Source: Octopus vulgaris (Eukaryota). From it: 64,000 bases of DNA. Numbering within the stretch: position 1 is the stretch's first letter; each line of letters opens with the position of its first letter. A program made the position numbers and the translations under genes. Below the pieces are notes generated by a model that saw only the letters and a program-made list of their open reading frames with translations, had not been told where the DNA came from and did no database searches. The stretch is taken from the NCBI GenBank assembly GCA_951406725.2, contig OX597828.1, forward strand, positions 22,134,001-22,198,000. The letters run 5' to 3'. Positions 27,967 to 41,967 of the stretch are shown here, piece by piece.

Positions 27967-28460
27967 TAAATTAGAGATAAAACCACTATTAGGCAGATCA
28001 TATAATGAAAAACTTAAGCCAATACATAAGATTAATTAATTTATATTATTTTAAATATATATCAAAATTATTTAAAAAATCATGGAAAAAAAGATAATTA
28101 GTATAACACTACGATCGTTTCATGGCTGTTCAATTCGTAAAAATTCGAGTTACAGTCATTCTTCAGGTGATTGAAATATCTAAAATATAATCAGAAATAT
28201 TTAAACAATATTTTTAAGATATAAATAATATATATAATATAATAATTTTACTTATAATAAACTCTATTATCAAACTAGAGACATAGAACTTAACAATTAT
28301 GATTATATCCAAATCGACTATAATATTAAATATTAATTTTAATTTATAAGGTAGGAAACCCACCCATAATCTAATATCAATATTAGTCTATATCTAATTA
28401 CATAAATATTTAAAATGACTAATATATATAAATTATCAATGAAAATATATAAATATATAT
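27961..28460 (-). mobile_element. AT-rich PLE-type terminus inserted in (TA)n
   Basis: Starts at a TA array and contains a hammerhead; the distal boundary is uncertain. Confidence 0.55.
28107..28169 (-). ncRNA. Type I hammerhead ribozyme
   Basis: CAC-CUGAAGA-AUGACUGU...ACAGCCAU-GAAAC-GAUC-GUA-GUG; intact core, palindromic stem III ACGAUCGU. Confidence 0.82.
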
Positions 28461-28710
28461 ATACTTAAGAAAGGGATATGACAATAAGTTATTCCTTTGA
28501 CATCTTGTTTTCTTATTCCTACTCTATACTCAGCCAACACTTCGTTCTGAAACACACGTATATTGTGTCCTACATAGCTTTATTTGTCTCGCAAAGAATC
28601 CTAAAGATACTAAAACCGCTAAGTTACGCGGACATAAACACACCAATACCGGTTTCTAGTGGTGATGAGAGGGCAAACAGATACACACACACACATATTA
28701 TATATCTCTC

Positions 28711-28785
<75 letters not shown>

Positions 28786-28801
28786 CTCTATCTATCTATC
28801 A

Positions 28802-28870
<69 letters not shown>

Positions 28871-28886
28871 ACTATCTATCTATCTA

Positions 28887-28943
<57 letters not shown>

Positions 28944-28949
<6 letters not shown>

Positions 28950-29153
28950 TCGGGGTGAGTACTTGATAATTATATGCACCTGTGTATACCGTTTGGTGGT
29001 GTAGGTGGTGGAGTAAATTGATCAAAATAAAAACATGATGCCAAGGATTCAGCGGTACATATGTTTCGGGCCTTTATTAGACAGATTTATAACAATGCAT
29101 AATGTATGTCTGTGGCCTTCTTCAGCCGCGCACAACAGCTTCCACAAGGACAT
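28944..29153 (-). repeat. 3' pLTR
   Basis: Matches 33741-33950; I saw one substitution. Confidence 0.95.
29052..29129 (-). ncRNA. Type I hammerhead ribozyme in the 3' pLTR
   Basis: GCGG-CUGAAGA-AGGCC...GGCCC-GAAAC-AUAU-GUA-CCGC; stem I GCGG/CCGC, palindromic stem III ACAUAUGU. Confidence 0.88.
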
Positions 29154-30974
29154 GTGTTACATCAAAAATTCTTGGTTGGGGATGCAAATCCTCTCATTCG
29201 CGTACGACATAATGCGGCAACAGCATAGAATTGAAGCGTCCATCTCTTTCTTCTCTCAATGTAGAATGAGGAAATTTGGATGTTGAAGTAATGTAAATAA
29301 ATAAATACATATATAGACATGAAGATGGAGGGGCGAGAATTCAGGACGAGGGATAAAAAATGTATAAAAAGTGTAAGTATAGAAAAATATAAAAATGTAG
29401 AGTAGAAAGATATAAAGAGATATAAGGAGATATAAAGGGGATATAAAGAATATAAAGAAATATAAATGAATGTAAAGACATAAGGTTATAAAGTAAAAAT
29501 AGAAATAGAAATAAAAGTAAAAAGTAAAAAAATAAAAATAGGAATAAACATGATAAAAATGTAAAAAATATAAAAAAATATTAAAAAAAAAAATTTTTTT
29601 TAAATAAAGATAAGGGATGTATAGAAGTTATGGACCAAACATGGTGGTCAGGAGATTGATAAAATTTAGTTGTAGAAGCTTTGGGTGTCAATAAATCAAC
29701 AGGGTCGTCTGGGGACCTAGTGTATTGTAAATCAGAGCTGTTGAGCGGTTAGTCTAGTTCTTTGAATTAATTGGTCATCTTGTACATACATACCATCATG
29801 GATACATACACCCATATACACGCGCACATATACGCGCGCATACACGGCTCCAAGCCTATAAGCATACACACGCACTCACGTGTAAACATGTACATAAACA
29901 CACATACACCCACACGCACGCGCGTATATATACATACATACAACAGAATATGCGCATATATACACGGACATTATACGTGTACACACCCATATATACATAC
30001 GTGCGTCCATCCTTACATACACATACACAGATGCCCACGCTTCCAGGTTTAGATATAAGATATTAAAGGATGTATATAAGAACGTATGTAAAGAATCACG
30101 CACTCACGTCTACACGTGCACGCACACACGGCTGTGTGTCCATATGTGCGTGCACATATACACTTACATACACACACAGAGACATACGCGCATATGGGTA
30201 TAGCTATAAGATATTAAAAGATGTATACAAATAGGTGTAAACATATGAATATAAGAAAACATGTAAAAAAATGTAAAGAAATACGGGGTATGCACATCCA
30301 GACGTAGATGTTTACTCGTACATATGTACACATATGTATACGTATACATACGTACACGGACGCTCGTATAATCATAAAGCGGATCCATAGGTAAGTAAAT
30401 AAGGGATAAGCAAAAAAAATAGACATATATAGAGATATAAAGCGATAAGTTAGGGGTAAGAATGAGGGTAAGAATAAAAATTAGAAATAAAAGTAAGAAA
30501 TACAATATAAAATAAGAAATACAATGTAAAAGTTAGAAATGAAATATAAAAATTATAAAAATTATAAGAATTAAGATAAGGGATGAAAATAAAAATGAGA
30601 ATAATGGTAAAGCGAAATAGAATAGGATAAAGCAAAATAAAAATAAAAATAAAAATAAAATAAAATAAAAATATAATCTGGTAAAGTTTAACATGAGATG
30701 AAGGTGGTTGAAAGTTAGAGGTGTGTGTTAAAGGTGCCCACGTAGGGGCGGGCGGGGGGAACTGAAAATTGGAAGGGTGGGAAGTGGAGTTTGGCGGTGT
30801 GCGTTCAACATCCGAGTTAGAAATGTGAAAGGGTATAGATATAGGGAAATAAAGAGACTATATAGGAAGGATATGGGTGTAGGAGAAGAAATATGTAGGG
30901 AAAAAAGACGTATATGGGAGACAAAATGTGTATATATAGGAGGAAAATGCAGGGAAACATATATGCACATACAA

Positions 30975-31007
<33 letters not shown>

Positions 31008-31150
31008 CATATACATACACATATGTGCACATACATATATATACGCACACATATACACATATACATGTACATATAGGAAAGCGGGATGTGCTGGAGCCGA
31101 CAGGTTGCACCGGGTGGGAGGAAATTGCATGGGGGAGTTGGTATAATAAC

Positions 31151-33661
31151 CTAAGCTTTGTAGTATTTGAAAGTATTAATAAGTTTGTGTATACAGGATG
31201 GTTTGAACTCTGACCTTTTGTTAATAAGATTGTGTTTGTCTTTGAATTTCAAGATGTTCAGGAGTTCTACACAACATAGTTGGCATCCCGCTCTATTATT
31301 TAAGTAAGGTGCAGCTGATCCGATGATGGACCACCTGAGTTTGAAGCCTATGCATTTGTCTTTTAATTCCCAAATTTTTTTAGAAAGGGAGGTGCTGTTA
31401 GCCTTATGTCTGTGTTTCAGCTAGGACCGGTGGTTGTAGTATCTGGATTTCCAGGAGGTTGAGCAACCTATGTAGGTGAGTGTGTTAAACTGGGTACTCA
31501 CCTCACATGAATATATTACGTTTTTCGCCCTACATGCGCCCTGTAGCGGACACTCAGATGCACATATGCAGTTGCAGTGCATTGCATTATTCGGTCGTGT
31601 GCTGCTAATCCCAGGCGGAAGTGTTGCAATATGTGTGGGGGCGTTGATATCGTCCTGGTTGTTGATGGGTGTGGTATTGCCTCTGTTGTGTTGGCGGGTG
31701 TTATTACTAACTGTTTGGGTAATATGGCTGCCAGTCTGATTATATTGTCTACTATCTGGATGAGGGGGTTCGGTTGGTCGCTATAGCTTGCTCATGATCT
31801 AGCTGTTCTAATATTAATATAGTTATGTTTAGCTATGAGGCAGCTCATGTTGGGCAGGGTAGAGTAGGAAATCCTAATGGTTTTGTTGGAGAAGATACTT
31901 CTATACTTATGGGTGGGTGGGAAGTTGTTGGAAATGATAGAGAATATTCTCTTACATAACTTACCCCTAACTGCTAAGTTGTATGGTATGTTGAACCATA
32001 TATATTTGCGTAATCTACTATTATCCCTTCTATTTCTCCTAATAGGATCTATATTGCTCTCGTCGGGAGGGTTACTATTGTGTGCTATTCTATTAGTTCG
32101 CCTATTTCCTATACGTTGTTTGGAGTTTAAATTAGAATTATCGTTAGTATGAGTTGAGTGCGGAGTTCGATTATAATTGGGAGTTTTATGGCCGACGGAC
32201 GTTCCCGGGTGGTCTACATATGATATTCTCTGGTTATACCCAGCACTAATAGAGAGCCTGGTTGTAGTGTTGTGCGTGATTATTGAAAATTTCTCTATTA
32301 GAGGATAGTTTTGTAAGTCTGTCTGAGATGGCTTGGACCGTGGTGCTAATTATACAGGGTGGATGGTTGGAAGAGGTGTGGATGTATTTGGTAGTTTCTT
32401 AGGGTTTCCTATACGGGTGGTGAAGGTGCTTATTCAAGTCTAACGTAACATCTAAGAAGTTTACTATTTTAGTATTGGTCATAAATTCTAGTTTAAGATT
32501 GAAGGATTTGAAAAAAAGCCTGATCTTTTTCCTAATTCTTTCTAGTTTACTCCTATTGTTGGTGGGGTATATGAAGAGAGCGTCATCTCTGTATAGACCC
32601 CCTGAAGATCCGGTACCTCGGAGAAAAGCTTCTTGAGCAGGTAGGCCCCGACCAAGTCAGTCACCTGAGCTGAATCGCTCGAGCCCATAGCCACATCAAA
32701 AATTATCGGGGGTATCGGATCTGGTCCAAAGTCTACCGTCGAATTCTATTATGGTTTTTCTAGCTAATAGTATTATGTCAATTTTTTCTCTGTCTATGAG
32801 CGAAAGGTTGCGGGCAAATATAAGGGATTTGTTAAGTAAGATGGGGGATATACTGGCGTAGTAGCTAGCTATGTCGAACTGAATGAATGAGTAGTTGGGT
32901 CTATTGGTGATTGTGTTAAACCATTCTAGCACATCGTCGGTGTTAATCCATAGTTGGAGTGGGATGTGGGGTTTGATGCGTGGGATCACCTTGTCCAGGA
33001 TAGTCTTGCTGAGTCTGCCGATATCCGATTTAGTCGGACAGATTAATCGTACTCCTACATTATCCGGGAAGTCTTTCTTATGGTCTTTAATAGTAATTTT
33101 GGGTACTTGTGGTTTGATAGGTTCCGTTCTGTCCAGGAGGTCTAATTTGCTCATAACTTCCTTGATTTTGTAGTTAATTTCCTTAAGGTTATCCGTAGAA
33201 GTAGTTTTATATTTTTTGCTAAGTTCCCTCATGATGAGCGATTTGTAGGTTTGGTAGTCCAACCTATACCAGTTCCCAGTCTTGTCGCCGGGTATGATAA
33301 GACTATCATCGTTCCTAAGTGAATGCAGGAAATCTTTAAGGCTCCTTAAGTGGGTGTTGGAAATGGTCTTATGCTTACTAATGTTGATGTTGGTAATGAG
33401 GTCGATTATGTCTTTTTCAAAATTTTCCAGTGCGTAGTTAGAGGGTGGGTTTCTTCTGCTTTTAAATATCTTCCTGTGTGCTATTTCTTCTTGGTTAGAG
33501 TTGGGGTTGCTTTTCCCCGGGTTATCGAAATGGTAGGCCGTCCACCTGATTTTTCTAATAAAGTCTGTGGTCCGGTGGATGAGGGTCGTCGTGTAAGTTT
33601 TGTCGGAGTGGAGGGGTATGTCCTTGGGAGAGAAGTTTGTGTGAATCCTTTGAATCTTCAT
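31151..33661 (-). pseudogene. PLE reverse transcriptase - GIY-YIG endonuclease, disrupted
   Basis: Hand translation: FIRKIRWTAY, RLICPTKSDIG, FIQFDIASYYASI, FDVAMGSSD, GLYRDD (YRDD at 32582-32593), NFLDVTLDL, SNHPP, IWFNIPY, CNCICASECPLQGAC, VIY..TYIG, CQLC, LINKRSE, CIH. Frameshifts near 32698, 32600, 32250 and 31790; stops at ~32400 and ~31422. Confidence 0.93.
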
Positions 33662-33740
33662 GCTTGGGTTCGTCAAGTACTAAAGGTTGTCGCGGTTACG
33701 TAGGATCAGATCCTAGTGACAACGTAGGTGAGTTGAGTAT

Positions 33741-33950
33741 AGAAATTCGGGGTGAGTACTTGATAATTATAAGCACCTGTGTATACCGTTTGGTGGTGTA
33801 GGTGGTGGAGTAAATTGATCAAAATAAAAACATGATGCCAAGGATTCAGCGGTACATATGTTTCGGGCCTTTATTAGACAGATTTATAACAATGCATAAT
33901 GTATGTCTGTGGCCTTCTTCAGCCGCGCACAACAGCTTCCACAAGGACAT
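33741..33950 (-). repeat. 5' pLTR
   Basis: Direct repeat of 28944-29153 at offset 4797. Confidence 0.95.
33849..33926 (-). ncRNA. Type I hammerhead ribozyme in the 5' pLTR
   Basis: Identical to 29052-29129. Confidence 0.88.
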
Positions 33951-34177
33951 ATATATAAAGGAACTATTAAGTTTTGTAGATATTTTCATAGTTTTTGAAT
34001 AAGTAAATATTTCCATAGTTTCAGGCAGTCCATCTCTCCCTCTCTCTCTCTCGCACTTTATTGCTTTGTGAATGCCTGGTAGGTAGATAGGGGGGTATGT
34101 AGCAGCAAATTTGAAGGAATAGTTCGGGTACAGACGGTTGATAGTTTAAACAGGACCAGCCGAGGGAGGAGAAGTGG

Positions 34178-34179
34178 GA

Positions 34180-34265
<86 letters not shown>

Positions 34266-34266
34266 T

Positions 34267-34298
<32 letters not shown>

Positions 34299-34343
34299 AG
34301 AAGAAGAAGAAGAAGAAGAAGATAAAGAAGATGAAGGAGGAAG
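34178..34343. repeat. (GAA)n microsatellite
   Basis: Directly visible; source of the poly-E and poly-S ORFs. Confidence 0.97.
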
Positions 34344-34379
34344 ATTAGTAAGAGTAGGGAAAGAGGACGGGCGAAGAAA

Positions 34380-34960
34380 AAAGAAAATAAAAGATAAAAA
34401 CATAGACGTGCCGTGCCACAGTAAATTGTTCGTGGAATCGTGAATGGTCAAATGACCTGTTGTAGTCGTAGCAGTAGTGCTGGGAATGTTCTAAATTCTT
34501 GTTATAGTTCCATCTGGTGGCAGAATTCAAAAGAGGTTTATATTTTGCGATAAAGTATGGTTCTTTGCTGATGCGCTGATAATAAGTTGCATTGTCCCTG
34601 AATTTATAGAGGGGAAAAATTCTGAAGTGGCGCAAATTTCGATGAGCTTGCTTAATCCTATTTTTCTGTATTTTCGTATTTTACTTTGGGTTCTCTGAAG
34701 TAAACTGTTTTTAGTTTGACCAATATATTGTTCTTGACACCCTGAGCAAGTTAATACGTATATTAAGATTTCCGAGGCACATGTGAAGATGTTTTTCACT
34801 GTGAAACGTTGACCCGGTTTGAAAGAGAACTCCCATCCATCAATTAGGCTGACACATATACCACAATTACGTCTTCCGCATTTCTTTTTACTAGCCGTTT
34901 CGATATTGTTGACTTGGGCCTATGTTAGAAGACGTTTCATTGACTTGGGTTGCCTTTTGC
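34380..34960 (-). pseudogene. 3' fragment of a second PLE clade (CxxC linker + GIY-YIG)
   Basis: KCGRRNCGIC, FTCASEILIYVLTCSGCQEQYIGQT, FRIFPLYK...KEPYFIAKYKPLLN across frameshifts. Confidence 0.88.
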
Positions 34961-34982
34961 TCTTTACACACACACACACACA

Positions 34983-35055
<73 letters not shown>

Positions 35056-35332
35056 TTATGTATGTATGTATTGGAGACCGAATGTTGGACTTATGAAGCA
35101 GATAAGTTATAAATGACAGCGTATAAATATTTGCTTAAAAAAAATAATCCGTTGGATAGGAAAATGGCCGACATTTTTCGATCAAAAAGGCTTTTGACAA
35201 CCTGCTATTTACACAGTATTATTAATAGTTTATCTGCTTCAAAAAAACAAGCGAACGTCTCCAGCACAAAAATACAGAACTAGTTCATGTTCTCTTGAAG
35301 TTTATAAATTATTATTTCACTAACATTATATA

Positions 35333-35363
<31 letters not shown>

Positions 35364-35366
35364 GTA

Positions 35367-35549
<183 letters not shown>

Positions 35550-36649
35550 TACTTGTATCGATGTATATATACACAAGCATATATAATATATATACATATA
35601 CATACACATTTTGTCAAATAGTGAAAGTGCGAGAACGATTGTCACCATGATCATTCATATATATTCGTATATACATATTGACATAGAACTTTGCACCAAT
35701 GTTTAAAGAAAATAGTGATGAACATGTGTAGACACTGGACGTTTAAAGACAACGTTGAAATAACATCACTTAAATATATATATATGTGTGTGTGTGTGAG
35801 TGTGTATGTATCGCAATATCTCACTTTGTGTTTCACACTAAATGTGTACATATCGTTAGCATGCATAATTCAGCTGTACTATGTGAGACAAAGGCATTTT
35901 CATAGTATTGTATTTGCCACGATGTAAAGAAGCTGAGCCTGACACGCTTCAGCAATACAGATGAATGATTTATTCGCTGTTTCCTATATATCAAAAAACG
36001 GACCTCATCAAGGGATGTAACAATCGGTTGGAACACACTGATAAGCCTCAAGCATGGCGAAAAACGTCTGTCATTCTTGTGAATCACTGCAGTGAAGACG
36101 TTTGATTCTCTGTCGCATATATTTTGTTTTGCAGACAAAAACTTCTATATAAAACACAGCGTTATGTATTCTAAATTTATGTGATTTGGGTATGATACAT
36201 AGATGGTTAGTGTAATTAGGTGCTGTTCCAGTGGTTCTATAATATAGCCGTTATGGATGCAACATGCTAAATTTATGAAGGAAGATGAAAATCAACGTCT
36301 TCTATGAAAATTTCGTTTCGCCTGGTGTTTATGTATGTTGTGTTTTTTAACGTCTATTCATGGAAGTTTCCTGAGCGAAAACCGCAGCCCTCTTCGCTTC
36401 GACTTTTCAACTACATATCATTCGTTTAGTATATTGTATAGCTAGAGTTTCTTTTACCATAGAGCTGCTTCTAATGCACAATTCGAACAAATACTTACGT
36501 ACTTACATACAAACTTGCATATACATATATATAGACTCATATATATATGTACATATATATATATATCTCCATATATCATCACATGCATCAAGCATAGCGC
36601 AAACAAATAGGAATCCCTAAAATGGAATAACAATGAAGATAAAAACAAG

Positions 36650-36922
<273 letters not shown>

Positions 36923-37271
36923 GTGGTCAAATACTGTTACACTATTTCATCTTAGTTTAGTTTTCGAATATATTTTATGAATTTCCATAACAAAAAATGA
37001 ATCATGTCTGTAGTATATATTCTCGCATATATATTATTAATGCACAAACTTTAAACTTATTCAATTTATTACCGAAAGAAAAACCAACATTTTTAAAATG
37101 TATGTTTTTCAGCTTGATTTCGTTCGAATAGGTTTTGTATTGTAGTTTTTTTTTTTTTTAAGTATAATTGAAGTATAGGTATGATGATCGGTGACATTAT
37201 TGTTGCTGAAAGCATTTTATATTAGTAAATGAAAATAAGTCTATACAGTATAAGAGGTTATATATATATAC

Positions 37272-37354
<83 letters not shown>

Positions 37355-37450
37355 TATACACATGCACACACAAACACATATATGTATAATGTTCGTGTAT
37401 ATATAGGTATATTATTATCATCTATCTATCTATCTGCTAATATCTCTCTT

Positions 37451-37489
<39 letters not shown>

Positions 37490-39268
37490 GCGCATACTCA
37501 CATATGTATAAAGTATGTTATATATATATATACATGTATATATGTATATATATATATACAGAGGGAGCACTACACACGTATAGGAACACTAATACACACA
37601 CAAACACGCGCACATACACACATGCACGTACAAAAATATGCTCGTATGTGTATGTACGTGTGATGGTGAGTATATGAAAAACGTATTAAAACCATGCCGA
37701 AACAATAACTTTACAGTTAATACTAAATCAATTGTTTATTTTTCGCATGAATTGTTGCAGTCTGGAACAGTAAAAATCCGAAATCCATTATCGAATTTCC
37801 TCTGGATGGAGTATTTTGGGAATCTGTTGCTGCTGGACTATCGGTATCGTAGCCGTGATTGCGATATAAATATCACTACCTGAATTCTAATTTCTCAAAT
37901 TCACTATATGGGTCAATATCGATGATGCCTCATTCTGTTTTGTGTTGAAAATCTAGACTGGCATGGTGGCAGTATCTTACCAGAACGAACCTGTCCTTTT
38001 CTGTTGATTTTCATAATATTTTCGCTTTGTATTGGGCGATTTAGAGAAATGTATAGACCCTTGATGAATATGCATAAACTGCAACGAATCAAGTGCCGTG
38101 CTTCGATAACCGATGTAACGGCAGAACTCGTGGATTCTCTGACTTTGTAACTAGTCAGATGACCAGAACTGCCATGTCATGTTGGCAAACAATCTTTACT
38201 ACAAAGTACTCTTGCTGAATATCTCATCTTGTGTGATTGAAAAAATAGTAATTTTCTAGTCAGATAACAATCAATTATTATACACAGGGTTAAGAGACGT
38301 GATGTTCTTTGTTGATAAATGTATCTTTTTATATAGTAGACTTATTAAGCGTTAGATTATGGTTTGATGTAATAATGTGTTCCACATTTTGATAGTGGGC
38401 ATGCCTATTTAATATTTGGAATGCATTTGATTCATATGAAATAAAATTTATATGGGTGCACTGATTATTTTGATAAGCACTCAATTTGAGAAATTGAGTA
38501 CTTATCAAATTGAGTACTTATTTGACAAATTGAGTACTTAATTGAGTACAAGATTCAAGACAAATATATTTGCTGCACAGCTTGAAATTCTTAAGCGTTA
38601 TGAATATGCATCTCTGCTAGGGTGGGCATTCTTCGGTATGTGATTAATGTATGGGCTGGTTATGCTTATACGTAATTAACTGTCAACGGTGTGATAATAG
38701 CTGTGGGTAGCCTGCATTTTCTACAGAAATTGAATGCTGTGTTTGTAATGGGTTTCCTTGTGTTTATTATACTCTTTCGGGTTCTTAATCTAATGTTATA
38801 TATATTTCAGAGCACATACACTAATTTCACACCTCTTTAGAAACATGTGTGTGATTTTGCACCAGCCTGGCGTTACATAATGAAATCCAATATATTTGAG
38901 CTTTATAAAAGATATGATTGTTACAGTGTCACGATATAATTTGCTGGGTGACGTACGGTATTTGGTTGCAATTTTTTAACAATTCTATATAACTGACATA
39001 TTGCTATCTATTGGTACAGATTTTCTGTCAGAAGCGATATGTGAATGATATTTCAATAATATTTTTAATATATCAAATAAGAATACAGTAGCTTCTTCTT
39101 GGGTATCGTGCTACTAATAACACATTTCTATTTTATCTACTCAACATCTCGTTCCATAACGTACCTGAAACAATTTAGAGCCAAGTTTTATAAAATTTGC
39201 TTTAACCTAGAATTGGAAACTAAAATACAGAATTTACTTTTACTTTTTTCTACAAAGTTCTGCATGTA

Positions 39269-39431
39269 GGCGTAGGAGTGGCTGTGTGGTAAGTAGCTTG
39301 TTTACCAGCCACATGGTTCCGGGTTCAGTCCCACTGCGTGGCACCTTGGGCAAGTGTCTTCTACTATAGCCTCGGGCCAACCAAAGTCTTGTGAGTGGAT
39401 TTGGTAGACGGAAACTGAAAGAAGCCCATCG

Positions 39432-39476
<45 letters not shown>

Positions 39477-39685
39477 TTATGTATGTATGTATGTGTGTGT
39501 GTGTGTGTATATGTTTGTGTGTCTGCGTTTGTCCCCCCAACATCGGCAAAAGACACCGATAGAATAAGTACTAGGCTTACAAAGACTAAATCCTGGGGTC
39601 GATTTGCTCGACTGAAGGCGGTGCTTCAGCATGGCCACAGTCACATGACTGAAACAAGTAAAAAGTAAAAGTAAGTAAAGTAAAA
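39269..39685 (+). mobile_element. SINE family A with intact head and a short internal deletion
   Basis: GGCGTAGGAGTGGCTGTGTGGTAAG A-box region, GGTTCAGTCCC B-box region, (AAAAGT)n tail. Confidence 0.92.
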
Positions 39686-40167
39686 CTACGTACTTTATTC
39701 TGAATTAACAGTTTTCCATACGTATTCGAGGTGGTGCACCAGCATGGTCGCAGTTCATTGACCGAAGCAAATAAAATGTGAAAGATAACAGGTTAGATAT
39801 TGGGAAAAGTAACAGCTGCAAGCGCAGGGAAAAGCAGCTTCGAGCGACCGTTCTAGCTGTGCTGGTTGTAAATTGGCAAAAGGTCAGCCTATGACCTCAA
39901 ACGGAAACATGCATACGTGCAAACAGAACTCGAATGCGCGCACACGCACACACACATATACACTAACTGGCACACACAACATACAAACATAGACAGGCAC
40001 ATTCAAGTGAATGCATGTGTATGAGATTTTTATAGACATAACTATCTACGCTTAAATACACACACTCACAGACACACACACATACACACACACACACACA
40101 TTAATACTTAGCGAATTTTACTTCTCACTTGGGTTTTGGAATGTAACACACGTGATAGTCGATGGAT

Positions 40168-40222
<55 letters not shown>

Positions 40223-41500
40223 GGCAATCCCTCGACTATAACGTGTGTTACGTTCTAAACCCCAGCGAGAAGTAAAATCCGCTAAGTAGACACAGTACTT
40301 TGTTGTTTTTTTTAAAATATATTTTAAATATAACTCAAAGTTTAAATAATCACTTATATTATTGGCACAATGTTTGTGTGTATGTGACCGATCATTAGGT
40401 TGATCCCACGTAAAAATCAATATTTTTTTCACTCTTGGCAAATACATCACTTATGTTCCATAGGTGATTCTACACTCTTTAGATTTTTCACTTATGTACT
40501 ACAGAAACTTCATATACAAAATGCTAGTACAAGCTATAAATATTAGAATTAAAAATAGAAAATGGTTCAAATATATACATACCTATCATATAAACTTACA
40601 ATAGTATTAATTTATATAAAGCATATATAGATTTAATATTTCACTCACTTATAGAGTTGTACAAAATATCAATTAATATTAAACTTATTCACTTAAATGT
40701 AATACTACGTAGCAAATAGACCTCCTAACTATTAAATAATGTCTTTGTTCGCCGTAGAATTTCCATCATCCCACTACCAAGTTTGCCATCTTTCCTTCCT
40801 TACTCATTCATCTCTCACCACTTCCTTTCTCGTTCATATGTTGTGTCGGAGAAAAACACAAGAGTATTATTATAGTAGATCAACACAACCTCTCTCGCAT
40901 TCTCTCATAGCTCACCTTCTCTTTTCCTACGCATATATACCATTTGCATTCTCCGTGATTTCACCCTCAACTCATATTCTCCCTCTTTCACAAAGCATAG
41001 CTATCATTCTTCTCTTCCTCTCTGCTACGCTTTCCCTCTCTGTTACCTTCTATATTATATCACACTGTTTTTTTTGTTTTCTCTCCTACACCACACTCTC
41101 CCACTCTTACTAAAACCTCCATCACTATCTCTCTCTCTCTCTCTATCCGCCATCTCATTATATATTTACTCTACCCCTCTGCCTCTATTACTTTGTATAA
41201 CACCTATACTCTCCCTCTCTTACTAACACATCTGTATCATCTTTCTCTCTTTCCATTTACGCAATCTCATTATATATTACTGTATCACACCGCTTATTAT
41301 ACTTTCTGTCTTACCTCATACTTTTCTGCTTTTACTAAAACATCTACCACTCCCGTTCTATGACCCACTTTCCCTCTCACACTTTTTCTACCAGCGGTAA
41401 ACCTTTCCGTCTCTTTCTTTTTGTCTCATTTCAATCTTCCTCCCTACAACCATAGGTATCACGGTCTCCCCACCCCGCTCTCTCGCTCATTATTACCTCA

Positions 41501-41885
41501 TAGCTGACCCCGTGCCGTCAGTAATAACGGCTACTTGTAGCATTTTCTATATTAGCACGGTACAAAATAAGGTACAAAATAATCACGCATTCATTCACAT
41601 ACTTCTTTGTACACACACACGCATGCACACTTATACTCACACAGAGTTGAAACGCTGATATTTTTTTCAACCCTTCCTTTCCCAATCATGTTGTGACGGA
41701 GAAAGACATAAAATACATGATCGCCCTTTGCCACATCCTTTCCCCCATTACTATTATTTCTCTCCCTCTCTCCTACACAGGTTTTTTACTCTCGCTACTT
41801 CTCCTTCACTGTGTTATTATTTTCTCTACTCTCCCTTCAATAATACTACTCTTTCTCCTACTCCGCCCTACTCTTCCTCTGTTAT
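41501..41885 (+). mobile_element. Second copy of the 7323 Helitron-like repeat
   Basis: TAGCTGACCCCGTGCCGTCAGTAATAACGGCTA; colinear with 7323-7690. Confidence 0.55.
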
Positions 41886-41926
41886 TTCACACACACACAC
41901 ACACAGACACACACACACACACACAC

Positions 41927-41967
<41 letters not shown>

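Larger units (their letters stand above)
28944..33950 (-). mobile_element. Structurally complete Penelope-like retroelement (Naiad-like) with direct pLTRs
   Basis: RT + GIY-YIG pseudo-ORF; 210-bp direct repeats at 28944-29153 and 33741-33950; TA repeats at both junctions. Confidence 0.93.

Noticed and set aside
31151-31800. Selenocysteine recoding in the Naiad-like PLE (in-frame TGA at 31792-31794)
   Set aside because: All conserved endonuclease cysteines are TGC/TGT, the TGA lies in a linker at a frameshift, and no SECIS-like hairpin was seen after the stop.
32696-32700. TGA ending the 326-aa ORF as a real stop or programmed frameshift
   Set aside because: It is created by one extra T in a homopolymer; FDVAMG continues in the shifted frame and other lesions follow.
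28944-33950. LTR retrotransposon interpretation of the direct repeats
   Set aside because: No gag, protease or integrase and no TG..CA ends; RT + GIY-YIG and hammerheads indicate a PLE.
37981-38078. Possible minus-strand exon (cag|TTTATG...TCTG|gtaaga), open in one frame
   Set aside because: Short, poor polypyrimidine tract, no recognisable homology; cannot be supported without RNA data.
38490-38550. CRISPR-like repeat array
   Set aside because: 13-bp repeats with 0-7-bp gaps in eukaryotic DNA; no spacers or cas genes.
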